Shown piece by piece: positions 13,739 through 26,641 of a DNA stretch of 40,465 bases (within the stretch, counting starts at the first letter, position 1; each line of letters begins with the position of its first letter). Source of the DNA: Octopus sinensis (Eukaryota); contig NW_021835430.1 of the NCBI RefSeq assembly GCF_006345805.1, positions 1-40,465 on the forward strand, given 5' to 3'. The position numbers were made by a program, and so were the translations under genes. The notes beneath the pieces are model-generated. The model did no database searches. It was not told the origin of the DNA and worked only from the letters and a program-made list of their open reading frames with translations.

Positions 13739-14193
13739 GGCGTGCAGGCGTACGGCTGGGATAAAGAAGCAATTTTTGCGGCCACTCAGTATAGGGATGA
13801 GTCCCACTGCGCGGCACTTTGAACTCTTGTATTCTAATATAGCTAGAAGCTGACCAATGTTTTGCTAGTGAATATTGTAGCGCTTTGCATACTTACATAC
13901 ATAAATTCATACATAAATATACACCGACATCTTTACATTTTATTTATATGTATATATTTATATAAGCTTGTATTTTATTCTTTTATTCTTTTACTTGTTT
14001 CAGTCATTTGACTGCAGCCATGCTGGAGCACCGCCTTTAGTCGAGCAAATCGACCCCCAGGACTTATTCTTTGTAAGCCCAGTACTTATTCTATCGGTCT
14101 CTTTTGCCGAACCGTTAAGTGACGGGGACGTAAACAAACCAGCATCGGTTGTCAAGCAAAGCTAGGGGGACAAACACAGACACACAAACATAT

Positions 14194-14236
<43 letters not shown>

Positions 14237-14413
14237 TACGACAGGCTTCTTTCAGTTTCCGTCTACCAAATCCACTCACAAGGCATTGATCGGCCCGGGG
14301 CTATAGCAGAAGACACTTGCCCAAGATGCCACGCAGTGGGACTGAACCCGGAACTATGTGGTAGGTTAGCAAGCTACTTACCACACAGCCACTCCTGCGC
14401 CTATATATTATAT

Positions 14414-14486
<73 letters not shown>

Positions 14487-14722
14487 ATTAAGCTTAGTTC
14501 TATGTGTATGCGTTTCTTTTGTCTCTTCTGCGTTTGTCCTAGTATGGCTTGACAACCGGTGTAACATTATTTCGGTGTCTGTAAGTTACCTGTTCATCAA
14601 AAGAAATCGATAAAATAAGTTTCAGACTTAAAAGTAAATACTGGGATCGAAATGTTTAGCTAAACCCGTCGAAGCAGCGTAACAGCAATTTCGCAACCAG
14701 TATTGAAGCATAAAATACACAA
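13739..14722 (+). mobile_element. Old S1 SINE split in two (13739-13880 and ~14505-14722)
   Basis: 5' half has AGTCCCACTGCGCGGCACTTTG; 3' half has GCTTGACAACCGGTG..AAAAGAAATCGATAAAATAAGT..CTGGGATCGA; both match S1 in plus orientation. Confidence 0.6.
13972..14401 (-). mobile_element. SINE family S1, full-length young copy
   Basis: Head GGCGCAGGAGTGGCTGTGTGG..GGTTCAGTCCC (A/B boxes); tail (GAATAAAA)n. Confidence 0.92.
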
Positions 14723-14748
14723 GATGAAGAAGTAAAATTTATCGTTTA

Positions 14749-15117
14749 CTAGCAGTATCGCCCGGCGTTGCTCGGGTTTGTAAGGGAAATAACTATAAAG
14801 CATTTTTAGAGAGTTATAGCCAAAAAACAGCAACAAATGCATTAAAAATGGAAACAAAATTAAGGTAAATTTTTTTTTAAATCGTTGACTCGTCGTAGAC
14901 ACTTTTAGAGAGTTACTTACCTTTATTTAAAAAATATGCTTTAAAATGGAAAAAAATTATGGTAAATTATTTTAAAAATCGTAGACTCATCGTAGACGCG
15001 CGCTAATACCCAGAAGGGCTCGACATGAATCACGACTATAAGATACCCGTGGGAGTAGTTAGGAATGTAAATCGTAGGAGACAGACACTCACACAACTTC
15101 ACTTTTATATTTATAGA
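14749..15117 (-). mobile_element. Non-autonomous Helitron (369 bp)
   Basis: Minus strand has 5' TC (15117-15116), GC hairpin CCCGAGCAACGCCGGG (14776-14761) and 3' CTAG (14752-14749); inserted between A and T with no TSD. Confidence 0.8.
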
Positions 15118-15569
15118 TGTGTCTTGAATCTGTCTGCGCACGAGAGAGCGGACTTAGCAGTGAGTTATTTGAGTTCAATAACTTCTCGTCTGCGAATCTG
15201 TCGATGCAAATCTCCGCAGTGCTATTTAACCCTAGGTCACCGCTGCTTCAACCTAAACACCAACAGATTATTCCTCGTCATACACAGGATTTCAACATAG
15301 ATATCTCTTTTAAAAGAAAGAAGATATTTTCAGAAGAAATTTGGCTGTTATTTCGTTGACTCCATAAAACAAATGTACTCGAGTCCGTTAAATTAATACA
15401 GTCGTTTAAAACTAATTTTACGTGGCATCGAATTAAGGTTAAATATTTAATCAATGCCTTCTGTGAAATTCTAATGTCATTTTAGTTTCTTCACAATTAA
15501 TAAAAATCAATAATACAATAGAACTATTCTCATTTGAATTCTACTGAATAGTTTAATGATTTTATTACA

Positions 15570-15593
15570 TTATCATTATTAATGTTGTTGTTG

Positions 15594-15632
<39 letters not shown>

Positions 15633-15642
15633 ATTATTATTA

Positions 15643-15674
<32 letters not shown>

Positions 15675-15805
15675 CATCATCATATTATTATTATTAGTAG
15701 TAGTAGAGTTGTAATAGCAATGTTGATATAATACTACTACTACTACTACTACTACTAATAATAATAATAATAATAATAATAATGATAATAATAATAGTAA
15801 TAATA

Positions 15806-15836
<31 letters not shown>

Positions 15837-15843
15837 TAATAAC

Positions 15844-15875
<32 letters not shown>

Positions 15876-15923
15876 TAATAATAATAATAGTAATAATAAT
15901 AATGATAATAATAATAATAATAA
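15570..15923. repeat. (TTA)n(TAG)n / (CTA)n(TAA)n inverted microsatellite block
   Basis: Directly visible. Confidence 0.9.
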
Positions 15924-16072
15924 CTACCAAGAACTGGGCAAAAATAAAATAGAAGTCATCAATTCCAACCCCAAAAAGTTCTACCAAGAACTGGGCAAAA
16001 ATAAAATAGAAGTAATCAACTCCAACCCCAAAAAGTTCTACCAAGAACTGGGCAAAAATAAAATAGAAGTCA
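15924..16072 (+). repeat. 57-bp tandem repeat (2.6 copies) at the LINE 5' junction
   Basis: CTACCAAGAACTGGGCAAAAATAAAATAGAAGT starts at 15924, 15981 and 16038. Confidence 0.95.
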
Positions 16073-18593
16073 CTGCAGCACCAACGGCAGAAGAATTGGA
16101 AGAATTCTGGAGAGAAATATGGTCGGCGAACGAACAGCCAAAAAAAAGGAGTATCAAAATAACAAACTCGGCATCTGAACAACTTTGGACCCCCATAACA
16201 ACTGAAGAGGTCACCCAGGCACTGCAAAGACTAAGCAACTGGAAGGCACCTGGGCATGACAAGTTCCCCAACTTCTGGTTGAAATATCTAACAGGAATGC
16301 ACAAAAAGCTGGCTGAAAACATTAACAACGTACTAGCAGAGCCAGAGACAATGCCTGAATGGCTCACGAAGGAGAAAACCATCTTAATTCCCAAATCAAA
16401 TGAAACAGAAAAACCAGAAAACTACAGACCAATAACCTGCCTCCCTACTATGTTCAAGGCATTTACTGCAGTGATATCACAAAGGCTGAACAAGCACCTG
16501 GACGAAAACAAACTGTTCCCAGAAGAGCAGAAAGGATGCCGCAAAGGCTCATATGGCTGTAAAGATAACTAATGATTAATAAAGCCATAACTGAAGACAG
16601 CCACAGAAAGAAGAAAGGCCTCAGTATGGCCTGGATTGACTACAAAAAGGCGTTTGATAGCATCCCCCACACATGGATCCTCGAAACACTAGCCATTAAC
16701 AAAGTAGCACCAGCAATCATAAAATTCATAGAGCACTCTATGAATAAATGGCAAACAGTCCTACACCTCCAAACAAAAGAGGGACTCATGAAAACAAAGA
16801 CATCCCCATTAGAAGAGGAATATCCAGGGAGACACGCTCTCTCCACTCCTTTTCTGCTTGGCACTGTCATCTCTATCTGATATGCTAAATAGAACTGGAT
16901 GCGGATATAAATGTTACGGCAAAACGATCAGCCACCTTTTATATATGGATGACCTAAAACTATACGCTGCAAATGACAAACAGCTGGAAACACTATTAAA
17001 GACAGTTCATGGATTTACCAAAGAAATAGAAATGAAATTTGGATTAGAAAAATGCGCCAAAGTAACCATGAAAAGAGGAAAACTAGTTAAGAGTAACAAC
17101 ATCACACTAGATAAAACCAATGAAATAAAAGATTAGACCAAAGCCAAACTTACAAATACTTAGGAATCCATGAACTAGATAAGACACAACACACACAAAG
17201 AAAGAGAAAATAAAAAAAGAATATTATAGACGAGTTAGATAGAATACTAAAAACAGAGCTCAATGCTAAAACAAGATATTAGGTATCAACACTTTAGCTG
17301 TCCCAGTTATAAGTTACAGCTACAATATCCTTAACTGGACACGAAATGAACTGACCAAAATAGATAGGAAAACAAGAAAAATAATGACAGGATCTAGGAT
17401 GCAGCACCCAATCTGACATAGAAAGACTATATATACAACGTATAGAAGGTGGTAGAGGCCTTATACAGCTGAAAACTATGTAAAATAACCACCATAGGAC
17501 TGCAAAAATATCTACTTCAGAAGGAAGGAAAACTGATCCAGATAGCGGCAAAACACGAGCAAAACAAAAAATGTTCTCAGTATTTAAGGAAGCTGACAAA
17601 TACAAACAAGAAATCATACCACCTAATAAACATGAAGAAGAAGAAGAGATGAAAAGCAACAAAAGCTATAAAACAAATGAAATCCAAACTAAAAATAGAA
17701 CAGCAACGAACCATGATAAAACGATGGCAAGAAAAGCCCCTTCATGGTAAATACTGCACTAAACTAAACGCAAAAGAAGTAGACAAAGAAAAATCCCAGC
17801 AATGGTTGAGAAGCTCAGGACTCAAAGCAGAAGAAGAAACAGAGGGATTTTTAATTGCAGCACAAGACCAAAGCCTCCCCACCAGAAATTACCAAAAACA
17901 TGTAATGAAAAGAAATATTACAAGTAACTGCAGAATATGTGGAGAGGACAAGAAACAATAAATCATATTATCTAGCTGCCCAGTCCTGGCTAAGAAGGAA
18001 TATATTCACAGACATGACAGAGTTGGAACCTACATACATTGGAAGCTATGCCAACATTATGGAATAACAACAGAAAAAAGATGGTATAGGCACACACCAG
18101 AAAAGGTCACAGAAAACGAGAAAGCAACCATACTCTGGGATATGCCGATACACACAGATAGAGAAATTAAGGCCAACAGACCAGATATAGTTGTCAGAGA
18201 CCATGAAGAAAAAAATGCTTTCTAATTGATGTATCAATACCGGCTGATGATAACGTGTCTCTAAAAGAAATGGAGAAATTCTCAAAATACAAAGACCTGG
18301 AAATAGAGGTAACTAGAATGTGGAATCTGAAAACAGAAACAATTCCTATCATAGTAGGTGCATTAGGCATGATAAAAAAATATTCAGACAAATACATAAC
18401 AAAAACACCAGGACTTACAAACACATATAACATACAGAAAATTGCACTACTAGGCACTGCACACATCCTACGCAGAACACTTTCCATACAATAACCATCA
18501 GAGCATCACAACAAATCACAGCACATACCCAAGGCACACAGAGCTGCGCTCGGTAGTGAAGTGAAAGCACGCTATAAAAATAAAACTACTGAA
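15924..18593 (+). mobile_element. R4/Dong-clade non-LTR retrotransposon, subfamily B, 5'-truncated and frameshifted RT-REL ORF (stop 18494) plus 3' UTR
   Basis: WKAPGHD, YRPITCL, WIDYKKAFDS, YMDD (16942-16953), CRIC..H...C, RHD, RPDIV, KFSKYKDL; (AAT)n on both flanks. Confidence 0.93.
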
Positions 18594-18595
18594 TG

Positions 18596-18659
<64 letters not shown>

Positions 18660-18662
18660 TAA

Positions 18663-19195
18663 GTGGCTGTCATGGCCTCTGATCTTAACTGATTGGAAGT
18701 GTTATCATGTACATTGTTTTGTCTTGGTATAAAAGATGGGCTACAGCAAATATTCTGCTCAATACCACAGATTTGCTTGTCAGTTGTTTGACCATAACCA
18801 GTTGAGCATGTCTCTTAGTGGCTGACGATATGTGCATCTCTGATCACGAGCAGAAGTAGTGGGGGAGCATCATAGCCATGTGTTGAGAGGGATTCTTTGG
18901 GGCTTGAATAATTCACCTCTGGAAACATGGGTGGTTTTTTTCAACATCCTTAAACAACCCTATTCAGGGACAGTTTGAGCAGGATGGCTACTCAACCTGA
19001 AGAAAATTCTAACTGGGCCCCCCTGCAAGGTCATGTGTGTTTATCTTGTTGATATGAGATCACCATGTCGCGCACATATGGTTGTGATGCATGTGCCTGG
19101 TGTACCCTTATCAGACGGGTAGTCATGATGGGTATATTGGGCTTCGTATATTTTACCCCAGTGTCACTTTGATGGCATGAACTGCTCTCTCACTC
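18663..19195 (+). mobile_element. Element X, longest copy
   Basis: Homologous to the three other copies; between (AAT)n tracts; ends CTCACTC|AATAAT. Confidence 0.9.
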
Positions 19196-19246
19196 AATAA
19201 TAATAATAATATAATGATAATAATAATAATAGTAATAATAATAATG

Positions 19247-19325
<79 letters not shown>

Positions 19326-19330
19326 TAAAC

Positions 19331-19365
<35 letters not shown>

Positions 19366-19386
19366 TAATAATAATAATAATAATAA

Positions 19387-20085
19387 AGTATCTCAACAGG
19401 CACGATAGAGCTTCACAATATATTCACTGGGTAATCTGTAAAAACCTGGATTTGCCCCATGAAAAAAACTGGTGGGAACACAAACCACCCCCAGTGCTTG
19501 AAAATGACCACATCTCACTCCTCTGGAACTTCACCATTCAAACTGACAGGAAGATAGATGCAAATAGGCCAGACATCATATTGAAAGACTTCAAACAAAG
19601 AACATGCCTCCTCATTGATATGACTGTCCCAATCGATATAAACGTATCTGTCAGGACCTACCAAAAACTGAGCAAATATAAAGATCTAGAAAAGAAATCA
19701 GCAAAATGTGGAAGCTGAAGACTAAACAATACCTGTTGTCATAGGTGCCCTGGGAATGATAGCAAAGGGGCTGATAGCTACCTAACTCAGATACCAGGAA
19801 ACCCAAAAATGGCAGAAGTTCAAAAGATAGTGCTCATGGGAACTGCTCATATCCTACGCAAAATACTCTCTATGTAACCTTAAGGTTTAAAACAACCATA
19901 ATTTTCGGTTTAAAAAAAAAAAAACTTTTTTTTTTTAGACATTCAATAGTACAACATCCCCCCCCCAAATATATGGCACACTAGGCATAACAACAACATG
20001 AACTTCCAACCCTGTTGTCTCTTGAGGTCTCTGGGTGAGACTTGGAGCCAACTTGTACAAATATAAAGCAAAAGTCAAACATAGA
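19387..20085 (+). mobile_element. R4/Dong subfamily A 3' fragment (REL endonuclease region plus 3' UTR)
   Basis: Very similar to the reverse complement of 6168-6847; YLNRHD..RPDIIL..KLSKYKDL; ends CATAG|AATAAT. Confidence 0.92.
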
Positions 20086-20106
20086 ATAATAATAATAATG
20101 ATAATA

Positions 20107-20636
20107 AAACTGATTGCAAGTGTTATAAAACTGATTGCAAGTGTTATCATGTACATTGTTTTGTCTTGGTATAGAAGATGGGCTACAGCAAATATTCTGC
20201 TCAATACCACAGATTTGCTTGTCAGTTGTTTGACCGTAACCAGTTGAGCATATCCCTTAGTGGCTGACGATATGTGCATCTCTGATCACGAGCTGAAATA
20301 GTGGGGGAGCATCATAGCTATGTGTTGAGAGGGATTCTTGGGGTTTGAATAATTCACCTTTGGAAACAGGGGTGTTTCGTTCAACATCCTTAAACAACCC
20401 TTATTCAGGGACCTTTTGAGCGGGATAGGTTACTCGACCAGAACAAAATTCTAACTGGACCCCACCTGCAAAGTCATGTGCTGTTTATCTTGATATGAGA
20501 TCACCATGTCGCGCACATATGGTTGTGATGCATGTGCCTAGTGTACCCTTATCAGACGGGTAGTCATGATGGGTATACTGGGCTTCGTATATTTTACCCC
20601 AGTGTCACTTTGATGGCATGCACTGCTCTCTCACTC
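20107..20636 (+). mobile_element. Element X copy with a 21-bp duplication at its 5' junction
   Basis: ATAAAACTGATTGCAAGTGTT at 20104-20124 and 20125-20145; body homologous to the other X copies. Confidence 0.9.
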
Positions 20637-20664
20637 AATGATAATAATAATAATAGGAATAATA

Positions 20665-20776
<112 letters not shown>

Positions 20777-20805
20777 TAATAATAATAATAATGATAATAA
20801 TAATA

Positions 20806-20859
<54 letters not shown>

Positions 20860-20880
20860 TAATAATAATAATAATAATAA

Positions 20881-21377
20881 GTGTTATCATGTACATTGTT
20901 TTGTCTTGGTATAAAAGATGGGCTACAGCAAATATTCTGCTCAATACCACAGATTTGCTTGTCAGTTGTTTTACCTTAACCAGTTGGGCATGTCCCTTAG
21001 TGGCTGACGATATGTGCATCTCTGATCACGAGCAGAAGTAGTGGGGGAGCATCATAGCCACGTGTTGAGATGGATTCTTTGGGGTTTGAATAGTTCTCCT
21101 CTGGAAACATGGGTGATTCTTTCAACATCCTTAAACAACCCTTATTCAGGGACCTTTTAAGCGGGATGGGCTACTCAACCTGAAGAAAATTCTAACTGGG
21201 CCCCACCTGCAAGGTCATGCGCTGTTTATCTTGATATGAGATCACCATGTTGCGCACATATGGTTGTGATGCATGTGCCTGGTGTACCCTTATCAGACGG
21301 GTAGTCATGATGGGTATATTGGGCTTCGTATATTTTACCCCAGTGTCACTTTGATGGCATGAACTGCTCTCTCACTC
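20881..21377 (+). mobile_element. Element X copy
   Basis: Homologous to the other X copies; (AAT)n on both flanks. Confidence 0.9.
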
Positions 21378-21661
21378 AATAATAATAATAATAATAAGGA
21401 TTTCATTTATTTTCCACCAGGGCGAAGGATAAGGGACACAATGCAAAGATAAACAGTGTGCGTGTGTGTGGGGTGGGTGTTAAAAATAATGAAATGATGG
21501 AAAAAAAGTAAATAGATTAAAATAAGTATTTCTCTTTTGACATTATTATCTTGTAGGTAAGGTGATTCGTTTACGAAAAAAGTTTCACTTTTACATATTC
21601 AACGGTATCAGATGCGACTGTTTGTACTTTTATGAATATGTGTATGCATATATACACATAT

Positions 21662-21966
21662 GTGGAGGCGCAATGGCCCAGTGGTTAGGGCAGCGGACTC
21701 GCGGTCGTAGGATCGCGGTTTCGATTCCCAGACCGGGCGTAGTGAGTGTTTATTGAGCGAAAACACCTAAAAGCTCCACGAGGCTCCGGCAGGGGGTGGT
21801 GATCCCTGCTGTACTCTTTCACCACTCTTTCTCCCACTCTTTCTTCTGTTGGCCTGCTCGCTTAGCCAGCGGGGTGGCGTCATTAGAAGGCTAAAACAAT
21901 GCGAGCGCATTGTGACCAGCGATGTGTAACAACATCTGATGGTCTGCTTGGTCACTTGATCACGTG
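21662..21966 (+). mobile_element. tRNA-derived SINE (head H2 plus tail T2) with 14-bp TSD
   Basis: A-box TGGCCCAGTGG, B-box GTTTCGATTCC; TSD ATATATACACATAT at 21648-21661 and 21967-21980. Confidence 0.9.
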
Positions 21967-22542
21967 ATATATACACATATATATTTATGAATATGTATAT
22001 ACATATAGTGAATATCTGGTATATATGAATGTATGTGTGTATGCATGTATACGCATACAAACTTATATATATGTATTTATATCGGTGTATGTACTATGTA
22101 TTCAGGTAACAACTTAAACATTATCAAGTAATACACATTTTCAAATACTAAATGTGATGTTAAGTAGCCGCTTTATCTCTCCCAAATCACACACCACTAT
22201 CTTCAATTGGAAAAATACATGGCATTGACTATTCGAAGTGTACAGAATGTCTGAATAAAAGATTCAATGGGCAATGGTTGTAACACTTTATTTATAACTC
22301 TATTAAGTTGCATCCTACGTACAACGCTTGTCTTCTTAATAAAATATTACATTGACCCGTAACAATATAATCCGTTTGCTCAAAATAATGTATCTGTTAC
22401 ATTGATTGATAATAAATATCATTCTTGCTTAGCAGGGAACAAAAGTTTTCTGTAAAGTTAGGACAAGATGTTTTACGTTTATCTTTCTTTAACAATTAGA
22501 TTTTCTGACAATAACAACCGAGTCTTTGTTTCCCTTCTCCAG

Positions 22543-23044
22543 ATCAGATGCAAATTTCAGCTCATTCAGAATGATGGCATTTTTCTGGCCTCATTCAGTA
22601 TATCATCATCTTCTATCTGAATTATCTAAAATCATGCCAGTGGTCTATCTGCGTTGTTTAGATAATATTTTATATTATCTAAATGAAAAAGTATGTTTGT
22701 GTGCCAACTGTACGGTAAACTTATCCAATGAATAGGCGCACATGTGGCCGAATATTCCTCAATTTATAACGTAAGTCATTCTTTAAAAAAACACGTGTGA
22801 AATAAAAAAATAGGTTCGTGTCCCAACTGTGATGTAAATTGAAGTACTATTTTTAGTAGGTGTACATGTGGATGAATATTCCTCAATTTATAAGGTAATT
22901 CATTCTTTGAAAGAACATTTATGGCATGGCTGGTCCTGTAAATGAGAGTACAGTCGATCCGATGAATTTCCATCCAGATATCGTCTTCCAATTTACACTC
23001 AGCCATACAATTTAACTGCTTCTACATATCATTGGATGGAATAA
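22543..23044 (+). CDS. Candidate spliced coding segment of an unknown gene (exons 22543-22690, 22860-22894, 22978-23044)
   Basis: AG/GT boundaries with pyrimidine-rich acceptors; phases compatible; open frame to TAA at 23042-23044; no recognisable protein motif. Confidence 0.3.
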
Positions 23045-25076
23045 AAAAAATCATGTTGAAATACTTGCAACGTAAATTCTTAATATAATGCGACACAGTT
23101 GTTAATCTCTACGACAACATGGTTAAGATCAGATATTTAGAACTATGTAATACAAGACATGTTCAACAAGTGTACATCAGGGCAAGTTGTCGCGACTTCA
23201 TGAGAAATATAGTGAAGAATTAATTCTCTAAGGCCGAATAAGTTACGCTGTCACGTCGAAGTGAGAGGGGAAGAGTGAGAGGAAAAAGAAAGATAGAGTT
23301 AACACGTGAGGTAAGGGGAAAATATGTGGATCAAATAGAAAATGAGGGCGTAAAAAACTGTAAATATATATGACTGAAAGTTAATTAAATTCGCAACATG
23401 AATATTCTCTGAAATCGTGAAGAATTTAGGTTTATGAACCTCTGAACTTCTGAGAGAATGGGAAAGTCATGTTCCCTGAATTACAGACATATCCAGAAGA
23501 AGAGAAAGTTTTTTTTAAGGAAAATGATACAGAATATACAATTTCAAAAGAAGCACTGATTTTTATTATTCTACATAAATTTCCAACCACCTAAAATGTC
23601 TCCACGTGTACCATTAGAAATATTACCAAAGCATGAAGTAAGAATTACGATCGTGCTGAATTTCACAGGGACAATATTGAATTATTTTATATTTTATGAA
23701 GACTTTTTATAAAGTAAGAGAAGCTTAGTCTCATTTGTGTCACATACAGACGAAATCCCACGTATAGACACACTTTGAAACCGCTACCTGTTCACTGACA
23801 AAATTTCCCAAAAGTGATGCAGCACGAAGTTTTGTCAGTGAGCACATACACGCACAAGCACACACATACATTGCCTTTCATTTGTTTCTATGTGTATCTA
23901 TATGTGTGCGCGAGTTTGTATTAGTGTGTGTGTGTGTGTTGTGTGTGTGTGTTGTGTGTGTGTGTGTGTGTGTGTTACTGTTGAAGTCGCTCGTGCAACT
24001 TCTTTGTGTTAGTGGTATAGAATATTTGGAAACTGTGAATAAAGTGCAAGTTTCGAGTACTTGTCGGCAACTTTCTTTTTCTCCTCGTCTTCTAATAGTA
24101 ATTACCCAACTTTCTAGGCTCTTCTCACAGCTATCCCGCTTTCAAAATTTATACGGGTATTTAAAAAAAATTTCATTTAATAAATAATATTTTTACAGTA
24201 CATATACATTAATAGAATAAACTATAAGTTTTCCAAATAGCAAATTACAACTTAAAATAGAATGTGAGAGTCTTTGCAAATGAAAATGGAATACTCCGCA
24301 GCGAATGCAATGAATATTTAAATCTGTGAAGAATTAGATGCAGTGAATGCAATGAATATTTAAATTTGCTAGAAATTGGAGTTTAAAAAATTCAATAAAC
24401 TTGAGAAATCGAAATTATAGGAAATTTCTTAGAACATGAATTTATAAAAATATTTCCAGATGGGCACCACTTTAATAATTGCTTTCTTTTAGTACTCTTA
24501 GTAATTGTTACATACCTAATTAGTAAACAGCTTTCTCCATTACAGTATAGATGTATGTATGTATAACTACGCTACAGATCACATAACTGGCCTTAAATTA
24601 GCTTTGGAAATGAAGTGGACTTTCAAACCGAGTTTATTTAAAGACTGATCCGTACTCTCTTATCGGATTGTTGGTCGAAAGCGAAACGAGAACTCCTTGT
24701 GCTCCCCGCAGTAAATACAATATAGGCTGAATAATATATTAGATATTCAGTGAAGAAACAAACATGTTGAATTAATACATCGGTCCAACATAAATGAGTA
24801 AGTAAGACATGCTGTGAGAGACATGAAACTTGTTTTGTGTCCTTGTTTCATATCCGCTTCGTACACCATTTGCACTGATGTTGATGAATATTTTACGAAA
24901 CATTAAAATAGACATGCAAGCTTTAGTTTCGCACGAACTACACACACATACACACACACTAACACACACACACGTGCGCGTGCACGTAGACACACATACA
25001 CGGTCTTCGTGTCCAGAAACCTCCACGCACGAATTAGAATGCGACATTTATATGCACACGGTTACATATAATGCTT

Positions 25077-25140
<64 letters not shown>

Positions 25141-26099
25141 TATTCGCATCAATTCAATTTGGGTACTGACCTCGTATTTGCTATTTGCATATTTTCGTTT
25201 CATTCTTTTGTTCGCTTCGTCCACTTTCTTTCTTCACCAGTTAATTTGAATTCGTGGTTTGCGAGATATTGTTATTTATTTATTGCGTCATTGTGATATA
25301 CAAATGAAATTATCCTATATCATGAACGCGAGAAATGTAAATACATCTGAAGAATCGCCACTAAAAGGTATTGCTGAAATAATCGGGATTCGATGTATGA
25401 TTTCATGTATTATATAATAATATTTCTGCAATGAGCTTCTTGTAAAGTAGTGATAAATTAATTGTAGTAACATGCAGAATAAAATGCTGTACGGTCCATT
25501 TCTTTGTTATTATATATACATATATATATATATAATATATATAGATTATATATATATATATATATTATATTATATATATATATATATAATGTATATATAT
25601 ATGTGTGTATGTGTATATATATATATTGCCTGTTATATACATTATTATTATTTTTATAATTTACTTCCATCTTTACTTTTTAATTGTCACTTTAATTTTA
25701 ACTTTCCTATGATATACAATTTTCAAGATGGTGTAATTTTTGGTTGTTCATTTTGAACCGATAAAAGTTTTTTTCTTCTTTTTCAAATATGTCATGTATA
25801 AGTCTGTGTATATATATGTAGTGCTATAAATATCAACACACAAATTTTTTTCTTCTCCTCTTCCACACACACACACACACACACACACGGACACACAGAG
25901 ATACACACACACACCTCCACAAAACAATCATACAAGTAGAAGAGTTCTTAGACCCCAAATGGCATTTGACCATCCTCAAAATCACAAAAGGTGTAATTTA
26001 TGGCCTGCCTACCCACCAACACACACTCAGTGACACTAGAATGGACAAAAGCTAAAATTCTTAGAACTCCCTTGGGGGTCCAGCAGGCCAAAATAAATC

Positions 26100-26151
26100 C
26101 TTCTTCTTCTTCCCTCTCCCTTCCCCTCTTTCTCTTTAGCCTCAGATACAA

Positions 26152-26205
<54 letters not shown>

Positions 26206-26455
26206 TCTCTCTCTCATTTCCTCCTCATCCACTTCACCCTCTTGTGCTGTCTTGTTCCTCCCCACCACTATGAAACTCTATAAAATGATTAAAATTCCCC
26301 ACAAAGGAATTATTTTGATTTGAAAACCTCACTAGAATGGGAGAAAGCGCTAATGATCTGAATGATATGATATATATATGTAAAAAATGTAATATATAAA
26401 TAAATATCTGTAAATATGAACCATCCGATCTTCTGATTACCTCATTTCTTCTAAT
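26100..26455 (+). mobile_element. Diverged repeat, probable PLE pseudo-LTR family; inverted homolog of 27713-28030
   Basis: CACTAGAATGG..GAAAGCGCTAAT..AAATAAATATCTGTAAATAT..CCATCCGA..TACCTCATTTCTTC matches the reverse complement of 27750-27868; ends in (TA)n. Confidence 0.55.
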
Positions 26456-26641
26456 ATATATATATATAATATTATATAAAATAATTTCGTTTTTTTTGCA
26501 AATGAGTTAAAATGTTTTTGAATTACTTTTGTCAATGTTACGATATTTTCCTTTTGCCGTTTGTTAGTCGTTACATTTAGCTTACTTCAGAAAGAAATTG
26601 CACGTAATTTTGTTTACAGCTGTTAGTTCAGCGTCAATTTT

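Noticed and set aside
15924-16072. CRISPR-like repeat appearance
   Set aside because: The intervening segments are near-identical rather than unique spacers; the sequence is LINE coding DNA in a eukaryotic context.
21178-21215. CTGAAGA within element X
   Set aside because: No stem II/GAAA arrangement follows, and one copy (~20437) lacks the motif.
21530-21562. TTGTAG|GTAAG recursive splice-site-like motif
   Set aside because: A short motif expected by chance; no host transcript is established.
21662-21740. tRNA gene (also 32929-33006)
   Set aside because: A/B boxes are present, but the sequence continues into SINE bodies bounded by TSDs.
24298-24381. 42-bp-period local duplication
   Set aside because: Real but ordinary tandem duplication with no further structure.
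25341-25400. Hammerhead candidate ATACAT-CTGAAGA..GAAA..ATGTAT
   Set aside because: Stem I is plausible, but stem II pairs poorly and there is no NUH triplet in the right place; at best a very old relic.
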